From a virus (lineage: Duplodnaviria > Caudoviricetes): a stretch of DNA of 37,805 bases. The position numbers were made by a program, and so were the translations under genes. The DNA lies in IMG/VR virus record IMGVR_UViG_3300028840_001668, positions 1 to 37,805 of that record; one strand, 5' to 3'. A model generated the notes under the pieces. The model worked only from the letters and a program-made list of their open reading frames with translations. It was not told the DNA's origin and did no database searches. Below are positions 1 through 10,016 of the stretch, one piece after another (within the stretch, counting starts at the first letter, position 1; each line of letters opens with the position of its first letter).

Positions 1-370
1 TAAACGGAGATCTTGACTTAACCCTATTTTTAATTTTTGAAAGCCTTCTTATTTTATCTTCCATCTCTTTATAATTAATGTTATCTATCATCTCAAAAAG
101 TTCTTCTCTCCAGCCTCTTAATTGTTCTATATCTTCTTCATCTACTTTTGCAATCTCTAACGTTTTAATTGCACTTGTAACGTCTGCAACTAAATCTTTT
201 AAATGCGCCTCTCGAGATCTAGAATGATTAATTTTCTCTTTTAGTATATCCATCCTATCCGAAACCTGTTTTAAAAGCTTTGGGGAAGATTCTAAATCTA
301 TGCTTTTAAAAACAGTTATAAAATGAGTTTTCTCTTGAGATTGGTTTCTTAAAAACTCAACAATATTCAT
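1..370 (-). CDS. Hypothetical coiled-coil protein (partial, runs off the left edge)
   Basis: Read manually: ATG at 370 just after the spike stop, open to the window edge (MNIVEFLRNQSQEKTHFITVFKSIDLE...KNRVKSRSPF); helical, K/E-rich. Confidence 0.7.
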   Translation of the reverse strand, partial: MNIVEFLRNQSQEKTHFITVFKSIDLESSPKLLKQVSDRMDILKEKINHSRSREAHLKDLVADVTSAIKTLEIAKVDEEDIEQLRGWREELFEMIDNINYKEMEDKIRRLSKIKNRVKSRSPF

Positions 371-372
371 AG

Positions 373-1218
373 CTATTCCGCCTTAACTTTAGTTGTTGAA
401 TCTGTTCCTGGGATGTAAGTATTAGGAGCTAATGGAGGGCCAGTAGGTGAACCAACTGCTGTAACATTGTGTGTATGCGCATTAAATTTAGTGATTATAC
501 TACTAAGCATAACACTAAGAGTTGAAGTAGATCCAAGTTTAATAGCAGTTGCTTCAATAATTCTTTGTGTTGCCTTTTCTTCCACATTCCCAACTACTGT
601 TTCAAACTTATCTCCTAAAACATGAAATAGTAAGTCTCCAGCTATTTTATTCCAAAACTCATCCGCAACCTTCATTGTTACTTTGCCATCTGAATACATT
701 TCAATAAAGGATCCGCTAGGATGCAGTATTAAAACTCTTTCTTTGCCTAGTGTATCATCGTATTCAATTCTTATTCCGTTTGGCAAAGCAATAACATTGT
801 TACTTGGATAAATTGGTGCAAACGGATGTGCTGTTTCTGTTTTTACTGTTCCCGTTGCAGTATTAAATGTATCAGATCCTTTTAATGCTTCTGTTCCATC
901 GTCTGTTCCTTGGGCTCTTAAAGGCAACTCTGATTTTCCGCCAGGAGCACCAACAAATGCGCCAGACCAAATTGGAATATTTGGATCCCCTCCTTCAAAC
1001 TCTATCCATATTTTTGTATTAACAGGAGGACCAAACCATTTCCCAGGATGATCTAACACAGGCAAAGCCCATGCAGTAGGGCCAGCACCTTCTACAGTAA
1101 AGCCAACTTTAGGAACGTATGCTTTTATTCTTCCGCGTTTATTTGGATCGTTATTATCAAAAACTACTGCAGAGTATTTACTATAATATCTTTTCTTATC
1201 TTTTTGCTTTTCTATCAT
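373..1218 (-). CDS. Baseplate central spike (phage_base_V / gp5 OB-fold, VgrG C-half)
   Basis: N-terminal 'AVVFDNNDPNKRGRIKAYVP...WALP...IWIEFEGGDPNIPIWSG' OB-fold motif, T4 gp5-like 'EYDDTLGKERVLILHPSGSFIEM' beta-helix, C-terminal 'FNAHTH' metal-binding apex. Confidence 0.9.
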   Translation of the reverse strand: MIEKQKDKKRYYSKYSAVVFDNNDPNKRGRIKAYVPKVGFTVEGAGPTAWALPVLDHPGKWFGPPVNTKIWIEFEGGDPNIPIWSGAFVGAPGGKSELPLRAQGTDDGTEALKGSDTFNTATGTVKTETAHPFAPIYPSNNVIALPNGIRIEYDDTLGKERVLILHPSGSFIEMYSDGKVTMKVADEFWNKIAGDLLFHVLGDKFETVVGNVEEKATQRIIEATAIKLGSTSTLSVMLSSIITKFNAHTHNVTAVGSPTGPPLAPNTYIPGTDSTTKVKAE

Positions 1219-2369
1219 AGTGCTGCTTCCCCTATTACATTAGGCTGAATATCCTTAGCTGGATTATTTGTAACAGAAGAACCTTGTGATCCAGGAACAG
1301 AAGTTTGCCTAAGTATTCCAAACCTAGATTTTAATCCATAAAATCTAGTAATTCCTCCTGCTGTTCCTTTTTCTATTTTATGAATAACCTTTTTTAAATA
1401 ATAGTTCCCTGTTAAATGCCCAATACCTTTTAAAGAAATTATTTGTCTTGCTTTTAAAGCAGGAGTTAATGTTGCTACTCCCCATCCGCCTATAAGATAT
1501 TGGTTCCCTTGCTGTATACGATTTATGGCTTGCTGTTGGCTTTGTATATTATCTTCTGGATCTAATGAAACCTCGTATCTTTTATGTCTTTGTGTAAATA
1601 TTTGCTGTGCGTCTCTATAATCAGGATACAAAGATAAATCTTGTGTTTTAATTGCGTCTGGTACGTCTGCAGATAAAACCGTTTGCATAACACCAGTAAG
1701 CTTATCTAGAAATGTAGCAGTAAATGTTCCCCCTTTGTCTACAAGTGTTTTAGAAACATTAAACTGCCTCAGTGTTTTTTCTCCAGATCCGTATTCTAAC
1801 TCTGTTAAGCTTTTATCAAATCTAACAGGATGAAAATGAAGTGTTTTCTTTTCTACATATAAAACAAAACCATTTCTATTAGCAAGCCTAGACAAAACCT
1901 GTAAATCTGTTTCGTTTAATTGCGTTTCAGATGTTCTTCTAACACTTGTTGTTTGTAGATCTGTAAGTAATGCGTTCTCTGTTGCAATTTGTTGTGCGAT
2001 TTCAGAATCAGTCATATTTGCAAAAGATCTTCTCTTTTGTCCCTTATCTTTTAATAATATAGATTCGTTAAAACCAATAAGCCTGATTACAGGAATATCT
2101 GTTCCAGAAAACCTAAATTCTGGTTTTTGAAGAATAAACCTATCTATATAGTTTGTTGTATTACCATTCCCGAGAAATACATCAATTTCTGCTCTTTCTC
2201 TAAATGCGTTTGAATCTGTAAACTTAAGCTGTTCGTTCCAGAAACCTATAATCACCATATCACATTTAGAATGTTCTTGATGTATCTCTGCAGAAACAAG
2301 GTATTCTTTTAAGCCAGTTGTTTCTATATCCTGACCATCTATTAATATTTTTATGCTAAAATAATCCAT
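1215..2369 (-). CDS. Baseplate hub, late control D (gpD/gp44/gp27-like)
   Basis: 'RRSFANMTDSEIAQQIA', 'QLNETDLQVLSRLANRNGFVLYV', 'GIGHLTGNYYLKKVIHKI' motifs; located before the spike gene. Confidence 0.9.
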   Translation of the reverse strand: MDYFSIKILIDGQDIETTGLKEYLVSAEIHQEHSKCDMVIIGFWNEQLKFTDSNAFRERAEIDVFLGNGNTTNYIDRFILQKPEFRFSGTDIPVIRLIGFNESILLKDKGQKRRSFANMTDSEIAQQIATENALLTDLQTTSVRRTSETQLNETDLQVLSRLANRNGFVLYVEKKTLHFHPVRFDKSLTELEYGSGEKTLRQFNVSKTLVDKGGTFTATFLDKLTGVMQTVLSADVPDAIKTQDLSLYPDYRDAQQIFTQRHKRYEVSLDPEDNIQSQQQAINRIQQGNQYLIGGWGVATLTPALKARQIISLKGIGHLTGNYYLKKVIHKIEKGTAGGITRFYGLKSRFGILRQTSVPGSQGSSVTNNPAKDIQPNVIGEAAL

Positions 2370-2370
2370 T

Positions 2371-2691
2371 TTACAAAGACTTTAAATCTTCTGTGGATGG
2401 AACTAAAAGCCTTGTCCCTTTTGTAAGTTCTTCGTCTGGATAAAACAATTCGTTTATATCCGCTATAATATACCATTTTGTAGCTATTGCACATTTTTCA
2501 AACGTGACTAGGTCTATAAGCTCTCCTGTTTGTACTTCCCTAAGCCTTACAACTCCTTTCATATCGTCTAATGTAAATTTCTTTCTGTCGTGTAAGAAAG
2601 TAATATCTACGCCATTACGAGCAACCTTAGTTGCAGTAATTCTTTTACCGTTTTCGCCTATTCTGTATGCAGAATTAGGAAATAAAGGCAT
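2371..2691 (-). CDS. Tail X / LysM-like baseplate protein (gp53-like)
   Basis: 'EVQTGELIDLV...KWYIIADINELFYPDEELTKGTRLLVPS' LysM-type signature; between tube initiator and hub. Confidence 0.8.
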   Translation of the reverse strand: MPLFPNSAYRIGENGKRITATKVARNGVDITFLHDRKKFTLDDMKGVVRLREVQTGELIDLVTFEKCAIATKWYIIADINELFYPDEELTKGTRLLVPSTEDLKSL

Positions 2692-2702
2692 CTCTATATC
2701 TC

Positions 2703-3314
2703 CTATGCAGGAGGCTTAGTTCCTCTTTTTCTTCTTATAACTCTAACAGTAATACTTACCTTTGCACGAATTGGATCATAAGATATATTATCCTGCATTT
2801 CTTCATACCCATCTATTTTTATTATAACTGCCCTAAATGCTCTAGATCCAAATTCTACAAAAACAACCGGAGGAAGCGTCATAGCCTTGCCATCTATAAC
2901 TTGCAATAATGGCCTAGTAATACAAGCCTGTAACCATCCTAATTTATAATCTGCGCTTTCTTTAAATCCCTTTGTTCTGTGGTATCCGAAATCATTAAAT
3001 AAAAGCTCTATTGGGAATTCCCTTTTACTAATTCCCTGCCATTCAACAGCGTCGTCCCCACCTATAACTGCTTTATCGTTATACTTAGCAGAATAACGAA
3101 CTGGCAACTTTTCTGGATTATAATCTACCTCTATAAAATCCGAAAGATTGTGTTCCTTTCGGAAAACCATTTTAGTTTTACCAGTTACTCTAGCTCCCGA
3201 AGAACCATTTACAACTGTGTTAGGAGATTTTGGTGCAGCAGTAACACCTCTTGTTTGTTCTTGGCCTACTACTGCATTCCTAACACCTTCTAAATCTAAT
3301 CGTGTGTTAGGCAT
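2703..3314 (-). CDS. Tail tube initiator (CIS tube / Afp7 / P2 gpU-like)
   Basis: 'YNPEKL...', 'IELLFND', 'PPVVFVEFGSRAFRAVI...PIRAKVSITV' motifs; directly after tape measure. Confidence 0.8.
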   Translation of the reverse strand: MPNTRLDLEGVRNAVVGQEQTRGVTAAPKSPNTVVNGSSGARVTGKTKMVFRKEHNLSDFIEVDYNPEKLPVRYSAKYNDKAVIGGDDAVEWQGISKREFPIELLFNDFGYHRTKGFKESADYKLGWLQACITRPLLQVIDGKAMTLPPVVFVEFGSRAFRAVIIKIDGYEEMQDNISYDPIRAKVSITVRVIRRKRGTKPPA

Positions 3315-6061
3315 TATCCTTCTCCAAAATCTCTAATGGTATTAATCATATCTTGCTCTGACTGATATCTAGCAATTTCAAACCCATCTAACATAATCAC
3401 ATTTTCTATTACAACTTTCCCAGGAGCAGTAGCTATAGCTTCTGGTTTTCTTTCTGTTACCTCTTTAAATATTCTTTGTAAATCAGCAGGTCTCATACCA
3501 GACGGTAATGGCATTACAACTTCTGTTGATTTGCCTTCAAACTGGGCATTAACTGCTTTTCCTTTTGGTACAATTCCACCATGCTGAAAACCTACTATTG
3601 AAGCTGCACCAGAAATAACATTGCTTACGAACCCAACACCTTTTTCTATTATCCCTGCTATTGCAGATGCGAACTGTTTTATAGGCCCAATAATTGCTTT
3701 AACTGCTCTAGTTAAAAATGTAATTACTTTAACTATCCAGCCTACAACCTTCGCAAGAGGTATAAGAGTAAATTTAATAACCTGTCTTACAACCTTACCA
3801 AACTTTTTCCAAAAGCCAAGGTTAGCTCCGCCAGAACCAAACACAGAAGTAGAAAGCTCATCAAATGCAGCACTTAAATCATCTATTGCAGGTTGTAATG
3901 GAGCAAGTATTGCAGAAACTTCGTTTACAACAATTTCAATTATTGCCCCTAACACAGTTGCAGCAATTGAAATCCTTTGTATCATCCAAACTATTGGCTT
4001 TAAGAACAAGCCGATTACAGAGCTAAATAATCCGCCTAACTTCCCTACACCTTCTAACGAACTAAATAATTTCCCTATTGGTGCAAAAATAGACATTACT
4101 GCTTCTTTTAACTGCATGAACGCAGATCTTATTCCTGCAATATTATTCGTCCAAGCAGAATGTAATATCTTTGCAAAGAAAATTAATGGGGCTATTGCGG
4201 GGAACAATGCAAACAATAAAAGCCCAAACACAGCTTTCATTGCCCCTTCTGCTTCCCAAAATGCCTTAGCAAGTTTAACAAAAGCAACAGCAGCAAGAAC
4301 AACGACAGCAATTAAAAGTAAAATAGGATTAGAAACAATAGCAGCTTTTAATCCCTGTAATGCTCCACTAAACATTCCTGTAGCTGCTGATGCTCCTGTC
4401 ATTGCAGTAGAGTTCATAACAGCAGCTTTTGCATTGAAAAACATTGCCTTAATTCCGCCCCATGTTAATTTATTATTTATCCACCTAAGTGCATTATTAA
4501 TTCCAAGCGCAACGTTATTACCAATAGTTGAAACTCGCTGTGCCCAAGCAGCAGCAACACTAGCATAGGTTATAGAAGTATTTCTTGATATACCTATCCC
4601 TAATATTTTTTCTAGTAAAATTCTTACTTTTGTTTTCGCATTCATTAAATCTGTGTGCGTTAGCTTTAGCTTATCCGCAACAAGACTTAATAAAACCTGT
4701 TTTCTTGTCATACCTTCCATTCCAAATACAAGCGTTGAAACAAAGAAGTATGCAAGTTTTGCTTTCTCTAAAAGCTTGTATGTTGAATTAAGCTTTAGAA
4801 GCACAGCACCAAGAACAAGCATTACACCTATCATTCCTGTTATTACAGTAGTTAAACCAACTACTTTCATAATAATTCCCGTTGTTATTGGGAACCATTG
4901 TGTAAGCTTAATAAGAATATTTAAAAATTTTGTAAAGCCAGTTACAAGAAGTTTAATAGGAGCAAGCAATGGCTTACCAAGCTGATTAGCTAAAGTAAAA
5001 ATAGATCCTATCATTAAAGCTATTCTGCCAATTAGGGACGATAGGATCTTTTTTCTAAATGTTTCTGCTGTTCCAGCAGCATTTTTTAAACTATTTTCTA
5101 AGCCTTTAAATTTCTTCTGACCCATAGTTGCAATCGCATTATATGCTCTTAAACCTCTAACACCAAAAATAGTTTGTAATGTCATAAACTTTTGAACGCC
5201 AGCCATTCCTTTCGTTGCTTTTTGCACATCAAATATAATATCCGCAAGAGATCTAAAGTTCCCATCCTGGTCTTTAACAGATACTCCTAAATCTGCTAAA
5301 GCCCTTTGTGCTTTTGGTTGCACAATACCTCTTAAAGCGTTTTGTAACGAAGTTGCAGACACAGATGCAGACATACCAGTATTTCTTAACGCACCTAATA
5401 TTGCAACAGTATGTTCAAATTCCTGTCCAGCAGCTTTTGCTTGCCCAGAAACTAAACCGAGAGAAACTTCAAAATCTCTTGCTTGTAAGTTTGTAAGCTG
5501 TGTAGATCGTAAAAGAGTATCTACAACTCTTCCTGTATCTTTTGCCTCTAAGCCAAAACCTCTAATTGCAGCGGTTGCAGCAGTTGCAGACTGTGCAACA
5601 CCTAACTGGCCTAAAGAACCTGTAGCTAAATCTAAAACAGGAAGCAAAGCTTTCTGGGATTCTGTAGCATCAAAGCCCGCTGTCGCTAATTCTTTTAATC
5701 CTTCTGTTGCTTGCCTTGGCGACCATCTTGTTTTAATTCCTGCTTCAACTGCTGCTGCTGTTAAATTCTTAAACTGAGCAGTTGTAGGATCTAAAACTGC
5801 TCCAACCCTCGCCATCCCTTCTTCAAACTTAGCTGCTTCGTTTGCAACTAAGCCTAACGCAAGGGAGGCCCCTCCTGCTCCTATAAGAGCCATTTTTCCG
5901 GCTCCCATAGCAGCTTCAAATCTTACTTGTGCTATTCTTGCTTTTTCTGTTTGTGCAGTAAGCATAGCCATAGAAGACGAAGCTGCTACAGCAGGTCCAC
6001 TTAAGCGGTTCTGCATTGTCAAAACAACGCCTAATCCCATATTTCGCGCAATATTTGCCAT
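3314..6061 (-). CDS. Tail tape measure protein (TP901-family core)
   Basis: 915 aa, Ala/Gly-rich; 'FEEGMARVGAV...TRWSPRQATEGLKELATAGF' core, hydrophobic mid-region, C-terminal 'GFQHGGIV...EVVMPL'. Confidence 0.95.
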   Translation of the reverse strand: MANIARNMGLGVVLTMQNRLSGPAVAASSSMAMLTAQTEKARIAQVRFEAAMGAGKMALIGAGGASLALGLVANEAAKFEEGMARVGAVLDPTTAQFKNLTAAAVEAGIKTRWSPRQATEGLKELATAGFDATESQKALLPVLDLATGSLGQLGVAQSATAATAAIRGFGLEAKDTGRVVDTLLRSTQLTNLQARDFEVSLGLVSGQAKAAGQEFEHTVAILGALRNTGMSASVSATSLQNALRGIVQPKAQRALADLGVSVKDQDGNFRSLADIIFDVQKATKGMAGVQKFMTLQTIFGVRGLRAYNAIATMGQKKFKGLENSLKNAAGTAETFRKKILSSLIGRIALMIGSIFTLANQLGKPLLAPIKLLVTGFTKFLNILIKLTQWFPITTGIIMKVVGLTTVITGMIGVMLVLGAVLLKLNSTYKLLEKAKLAYFFVSTLVFGMEGMTRKQVLLSLVADKLKLTHTDLMNAKTKVRILLEKILGIGISRNTSITYASVAAAWAQRVSTIGNNVALGINNALRWINNKLTWGGIKAMFFNAKAAVMNSTAMTGASAATGMFSGALQGLKAAIVSNPILLLIAVVVLAAVAFVKLAKAFWEAEGAMKAVFGLLLFALFPAIAPLIFFAKILHSAWTNNIAGIRSAFMQLKEAVMSIFAPIGKLFSSLEGVGKLGGLFSSVIGLFLKPIVWMIQRISIAATVLGAIIEIVVNEVSAILAPLQPAIDDLSAAFDELSTSVFGSGGANLGFWKKFGKVVRQVIKFTLIPLAKVVGWIVKVITFLTRAVKAIIGPIKQFASAIAGIIEKGVGFVSNVISGAASIVGFQHGGIVPKGKAVNAQFEGKSTEVVMPLPSGMRPADLQRIFKEVTERKPEAIATAPGKVVIENVIMLDGFEIARYQSEQDMINTIRDFGEG

Positions 6062-6065
6062 TCTA

Positions 6066-6257
6066 TTATGATCCTTGTTTCATGCGCTTAGTTAATTCGT
6101 CATTCCACCATTCTGCAAAGTTAAGCCAGAATTCTCTTTCTTGATCTGAGAGCGCCCACAAGTCACGAAAGGAATTACCTTTAAATATCATTGCTAATGC
6201 GCCGACTTCCTTCCATGTTTGGAGAATCGCTTCCGGCGAGCACTCGGTAGCAAAAAA
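6066..6257 (-). CDS. -1 frameshift extension of the tail assembly chaperone (gpGT/gpE'-like)
   Basis: The -1 frame is open from the slippery T TTT TTG (6257-6251) to TAA at 6068-6066: FFATECSPEAILQTWKEVGALAMIFKGNSFRDLWALSDQEREFWLNFAEWWNDELTKRMKQGS; fills the gap up to the TMP start. Confidence 0.8.
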   Translation of the reverse strand, partial: FFATECSPEAILQTWKEVGALAMIFKGNSFRDLWALSDQEREFWLNFAEWWNDELTKRMKQGS

Positions 6258-7045
6258 TCCGCAGCATCTACCCGATAATCAATTGTTGTTCCACAACTAT
6301 CGCAAGTAGCAACTAAGTTCATATCATACCCTGGCTGTTCGTCTGAAAACGCATCCGTTAGTTCATCAATATATCCCGTAGATTCATTATCAAAAAAGTC
6401 TTCGTAAATCTTCTCTCCGTTAAATGTTTCTATGCAAGATGCTAAAATCTTTTGAGAAGCTTCCCCAATATTTTTTAATTCCGCATTTGTTAAACCTTCT
6501 TCAACAATTCCTCTAGGGAGCTTAAACTCAACAATATCATTTCTAGAAGAAACATATTTATAAATATACTCCTTTCTAGATTCGTCTAGCTTAAACTCTG
6601 TTTCCTCTAATGAAACAAACTGTAGTTCGTCCGGCGTCGTGGTTACTTGCAAATTAGCTTCACACATCGGACAATCTAATGTCTGCACGATAGGCGTTTG
6701 TCTTGTAACTTTTCTAATGGCCAGAACACAAGCAGTTCTATCCGCAGAATACATATGGCGACAAAGCAATTTCTTTTCTGCAATATCATCATACTTAATA
6801 TCCGGAAATTCTATAATCTCTGCTAGAACAGCAGTAATTAATTTCCCAGGATTACTAAGTATCTGAGGCTTCGCTACATTTTTTCTGGCCTTTCCTATAA
6901 AAGCAGAATACCGTACAGACTTATAAACGTTTTGAGCAATATCAAACGAACCTATTGGTAAAATTAAACTTGAAGTTTCGCCAGGAGACGGAACTTGTGG
7001 AAAAGGAGTCACGCTTGTTTGCGGATTATTGCTCTCTTCTGACAT
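6194..7045 (-). CDS. Tail assembly chaperone (T4 gp26-like, Zn ribbons)
   Basis: Between tube and TMP; 'ADRTACVLAIRKVT', CPMC and CDSC pairs, 'VEFKLPRG', 'QPGYDM'. Confidence 0.8.
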   Translation of the reverse strand: MSEESNNPQTSVTPFPQVPSPGETSSLILPIGSFDIAQNVYKSVRYSAFIGKARKNVAKPQILSNPGKLITAVLAEIIEFPDIKYDDIAEKKLLCRHMYSADRTACVLAIRKVTRQTPIVQTLDCPMCEANLQVTTTPDELQFVSLEETEFKLDESRKEYIYKYVSSRNDIVEFKLPRGIVEEGLTNAELKNIGEASQKILASCIETFNGEKIYEDFFDNESTGYIDELTDAFSDEQPGYDMNLVATCDSCGTTIDYRVDAADFLLPSARRKRFSKHGRKSAH

Positions 7046-7095
7046 TTGTTTTGCCTTTCAGTAAAACTTACCAAGCTTGGATACTAAAGCTTATT

Positions 7096-7614
7096 TTAAA
7101 TCTCTTTAAGATCGAACGGATCTGGAATTCCGCCCTCGTTTTGAACTGTTACACTTTCTGTCCAAACATCGCTTGTACCAGCATCCAGAGACCCATGACT
7201 TAACTTGTTTGGCCAACACTCAACATAAGTGAAACCTTTAAGCCTACGATTAAAATCATCCATAATCTGAATCTTAAGTGTTCGTCTAAACGTAGGAGAT
7301 GGGAAGCCAGCTCTTTTCTGTGCGATTGCAACTTCTGATCTCCAAATCTGGAGATCATTAGATCTACTTTTACCTCGCATTAAAACAAGCTCTGTAGACT
7401 TATGAATACCGGGCAGTTTTTTTGTCATACGGTCTGTGCCTTCTCGGTACTCCACAACTTCTGTCTCGTCTTCAATACCCTCTATTGTTTTAAAACCCAT
7501 TCTCCAACTTGGGATACCAAGAGCAGTAACACGAAATCTAAATCCTGTATAAGGATCAATGCGCTGCCCTGTTAATTCCGGCCCGACTGTTGGGGTCCCA
7601 ACAATATGTGGCAT
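7096..7614 (-). CDS. Tail tube protein (T4 gp19 / Afp1-5 family)
   Basis: 'RIDPYTGFRFRV...ETEVVEYREG...KKLPG...LVLMRG...CWPNKL...LDA' signature; start moved to ATG 7614 because of GGAGG upstream. Confidence 0.95.
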   Translation of the reverse strand: MPHIVGTPTVGPELTGQRIDPYTGFRFRVTALGIPSWRMGFKTIEGIEDETEVVEYREGTDRMTKKLPGIHKSTELVLMRGKSRSNDLQIWRSEVAIAQKRAGFPSPTFRRTLKIQIMDDFNRRLKGFTYVECWPNKLSHGSLDAGTSDVWTESVTVQNEGGIPDPFDLKEI

Positions 7615-7661
7615 TTTAAAAACCTCCATAATTTAATTATAAATTAACATTTTAAATTTAT

Positions 7662-9947
7662 TTACTCTTCAACAGTTAAAGTGCCGTTCATGTTGCTTGC
7701 AACAAACACAACCTTTTCAGCAGTTTCAACAACGTTGAAGCCAAACTTAACTTTCAGAAGGTTATTTGATCTGCTAATAACCTCTGCATAGTAAGCCTTG
7801 GAAGGATCGTCCTCTGGCACAAAAACTCCAGTATTCCATTGCTGATAAAAGAAGTCCCCAATCGATGTGAGCAGGTCTTCCACAGTATCGTCGTTAAGGG
7901 GCTCAAACGGAACCCATAATGAATTACTCAGAATACTCTGCTCATTATAAATGTATGTTGCAACGACGTGAATAAACTGCTGCGGTCGAGCATCCTTTAA
8001 TAATGTTCTTGCACCATAAATACGAATTCCGTATCCAGGGACGTCTCTAATAATATTAACTCCCCTAGGATTAAGGGCGATAGAAGCATCGTCCCAGTCG
8101 ATTGTTTTATCGTCTGTGGAAAGACCTTGAATACCAATAATTCTTTCGTTTGCAGGAGCCTTATGGAATCCCCTAGATGCTCTAACTCGGGACCAAACTC
8201 CCATGACCCAACCTTCCGGAGAAATGTCTTCCAGAACTGTATAATCAGTTTCCGGATCATAAATAGTAAGCCAAGGGAAATAACAAGTTCCCCTCATGGT
8301 AGAACCATTTAAGGTATAATCTCTAAATTCCCTTGCTTCCTGAATAGTATCTATCGACTGTGTAACTGCACCAATATAAATCGCGTGAAGCCTAGCATCG
8401 CACCAAGCATGGCCATTTTCCTGCACAAGCTTAGAAAGAACACCAGGAGTTGCAATCATAGAGATCTCTTTGATGCCACTAAAGCGATAAATACCAGTTT
8501 CAGAACCTGGCGTACTAACGCCTATGTAATCCGCATCCTGTGGCGTTTCTCCGTCTAAGCCATACTCTAAGGCAATCTGGTAAACAGGAAGCGGGATATC
8601 CAGATAAGCAGGAGTATTAGCAGGAGCCTGATCCGTAACTTCAATAAGGTCGCTCTGATTTGATTTTCCAGACAGCCTTGTATTAATGTAGTTCATAGCA
8701 TTATTGGCTACCATGGAAAGATCTTCATGCGTCTCTGTAACTCCAGTATCGTCTTCCACAATTAAATCAAATTCGAAAGACGTAGCAGGAGATCCAGCAG
8801 CAATACTTGCACCAAGAGTAACAGCACTGAAGTAAATAGTATTACCAGACACGTTAGTAACTTCAACCGTTACTTCTGTGGTTCCGTCGTTAATATGAAT
8901 TAGGCTACCCTTTCTTGCGCCTATTGCATTATTTAATTCTGCGCTAGTTGCACCATTCGCAAGGGCATTAACAATAGTTGTAGCGACAGCATGTGTTGTA
9001 GCAGTTTCAACTGTTGCGCCGATAGAATGGGCACCAAAAACTTTAGAAACAAAAGTAACCTTCTTCAGCGTTGCGTCCACCGTATGCACAACAGCATAAT
9101 CCATTGTTCCTGCAACATCAAAGATAAGCAGATCACCTATCCCTATGTCTTCCACAGAATCTACTTCTGCTTCCGTTGTAGCCCCTGCACTGATCGCAGC
9201 AGTTAAAGTAGTTGATGCTTTTCTTGTTGTAATTTTAAGTGCTCTGCCCCAATGACCAGGATCTGCAGCAGCGATATAAGCAGCAACCTCATTATTATCG
9301 CTATCCCTAAACCATCCATCTGCAATAGCAGGACCTTCCCCTCCCGTAAGATTTGCAGCAACAGCAGCAGTCATAACTCCTGCGCCAGTTGAGCCAGACG
9401 TATTAGCAGCAGTAACTAATTCCGAAGCATCCAGGTCTGCAGTAATTGCTGCAATAACCTGAGCAGCAGTAGAAATAATAGCACTTCCGCCATCTGTTTC
9501 CAGGCTAACTGTAATAAGCCATCCACTAGCAGTAACAGCAACAGTGATAGTTAAAGGCTGACTCGCACCTCCAGGATCTACTAGTTCAACCTGAATCCCA
9601 TTGCTCTCTGCTCCCGGATGAACTGCTGTCCAAGTAATCGCGTTATTGCTTGGAACAGAGCCTGTACTAAGAGATCCATAAACCATTTCTGTTAAAACAC
9701 GAGAAATCCAAAGCGCTGTCCCCTCGTTCTGGAAAAACCCGTAAATATGTTTAGGAAGCGCATAGCCTCCGTAGAACTTTCCACATTTACGAACAAAGTC
9801 TTCCCAACTAGAAACATAAATGGCTTTTTCTATACTCCCTTTTCTTGTTCTGCCAATCATGCCCCCAATACTAACAGGAACGCCTTCGATGGCCGGAGGG
9901 CTTTCAAACCTTTCCTCCAAATTTAAGCCAACATGATATTCAGGCAT
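7662..9947 (-). CDS. Contractile tail sheath protein with inserted domains
   Basis: 'IEGVPVSIGGMIGRTRKG', 'YFPWL', 'RGFHKAPANE', 'LNPRGVNIIR...GIRIYGARTL', 'WVPFEPLND'; start at ATG 9947 after GGAGG. Confidence 0.95.
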   Translation of the reverse strand: MPEYHVGLNLEERFESPPAIEGVPVSIGGMIGRTRKGSIEKAIYVSSWEDFVRKCGKFYGGYALPKHIYGFFQNEGTALWISRVLTEMVYGSLSTGSVPSNNAITWTAVHPGAESNGIQVELVDPGGASQPLTITVAVTASGWLITVSLETDGGSAIISTAAQVIAAITADLDASELVTAANTSGSTGAGVMTAAVAANLTGGEGPAIADGWFRDSDNNEVAAYIAAADPGHWGRALKITTRKASTTLTAAISAGATTEAEVDSVEDIGIGDLLIFDVAGTMDYAVVHTVDATLKKVTFVSKVFGAHSIGATVETATTHAVATTIVNALANGATSAELNNAIGARKGSLIHINDGTTEVTVEVTNVSGNTIYFSAVTLGASIAAGSPATSFEFDLIVEDDTGVTETHEDLSMVANNAMNYINTRLSGKSNQSDLIEVTDQAPANTPAYLDIPLPVYQIALEYGLDGETPQDADYIGVSTPGSETGIYRFSGIKEISMIATPGVLSKLVQENGHAWCDARLHAIYIGAVTQSIDTIQEAREFRDYTLNGSTMRGTCYFPWLTIYDPETDYTVLEDISPEGWVMGVWSRVRASRGFHKAPANERIIGIQGLSTDDKTIDWDDASIALNPRGVNIIRDVPGYGIRIYGARTLLKDARPQQFIHVVATYIYNEQSILSNSLWVPFEPLNDDTVEDLLTSIGDFFYQQWNTGVFVPEDDPSKAYYAEVISRSNNLLKVKFGFNVVETAEKVVFVASNMNGTLTVEE

Positions 9948-10016
9948 TATGTTTGCCTCCAATACAAAAAAGACCCTTAGACTTTTAAGCTGGCTATCTT
10001 TTTATCTATCCAACAA

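Noticed and set aside
3621-4568. 315-aa plus-strand ORF (and the other plus-strand ORFs in the track)
   Set aside because: Antisense shadows of well-supported minus-strand genes; no recognisable motifs
373-9947. Stand-alone eCIS/tailocin interpretation
   Set aside because: Portal, protease, scaffold, capsid and neck genes are contiguous with the tail, so this is a phage
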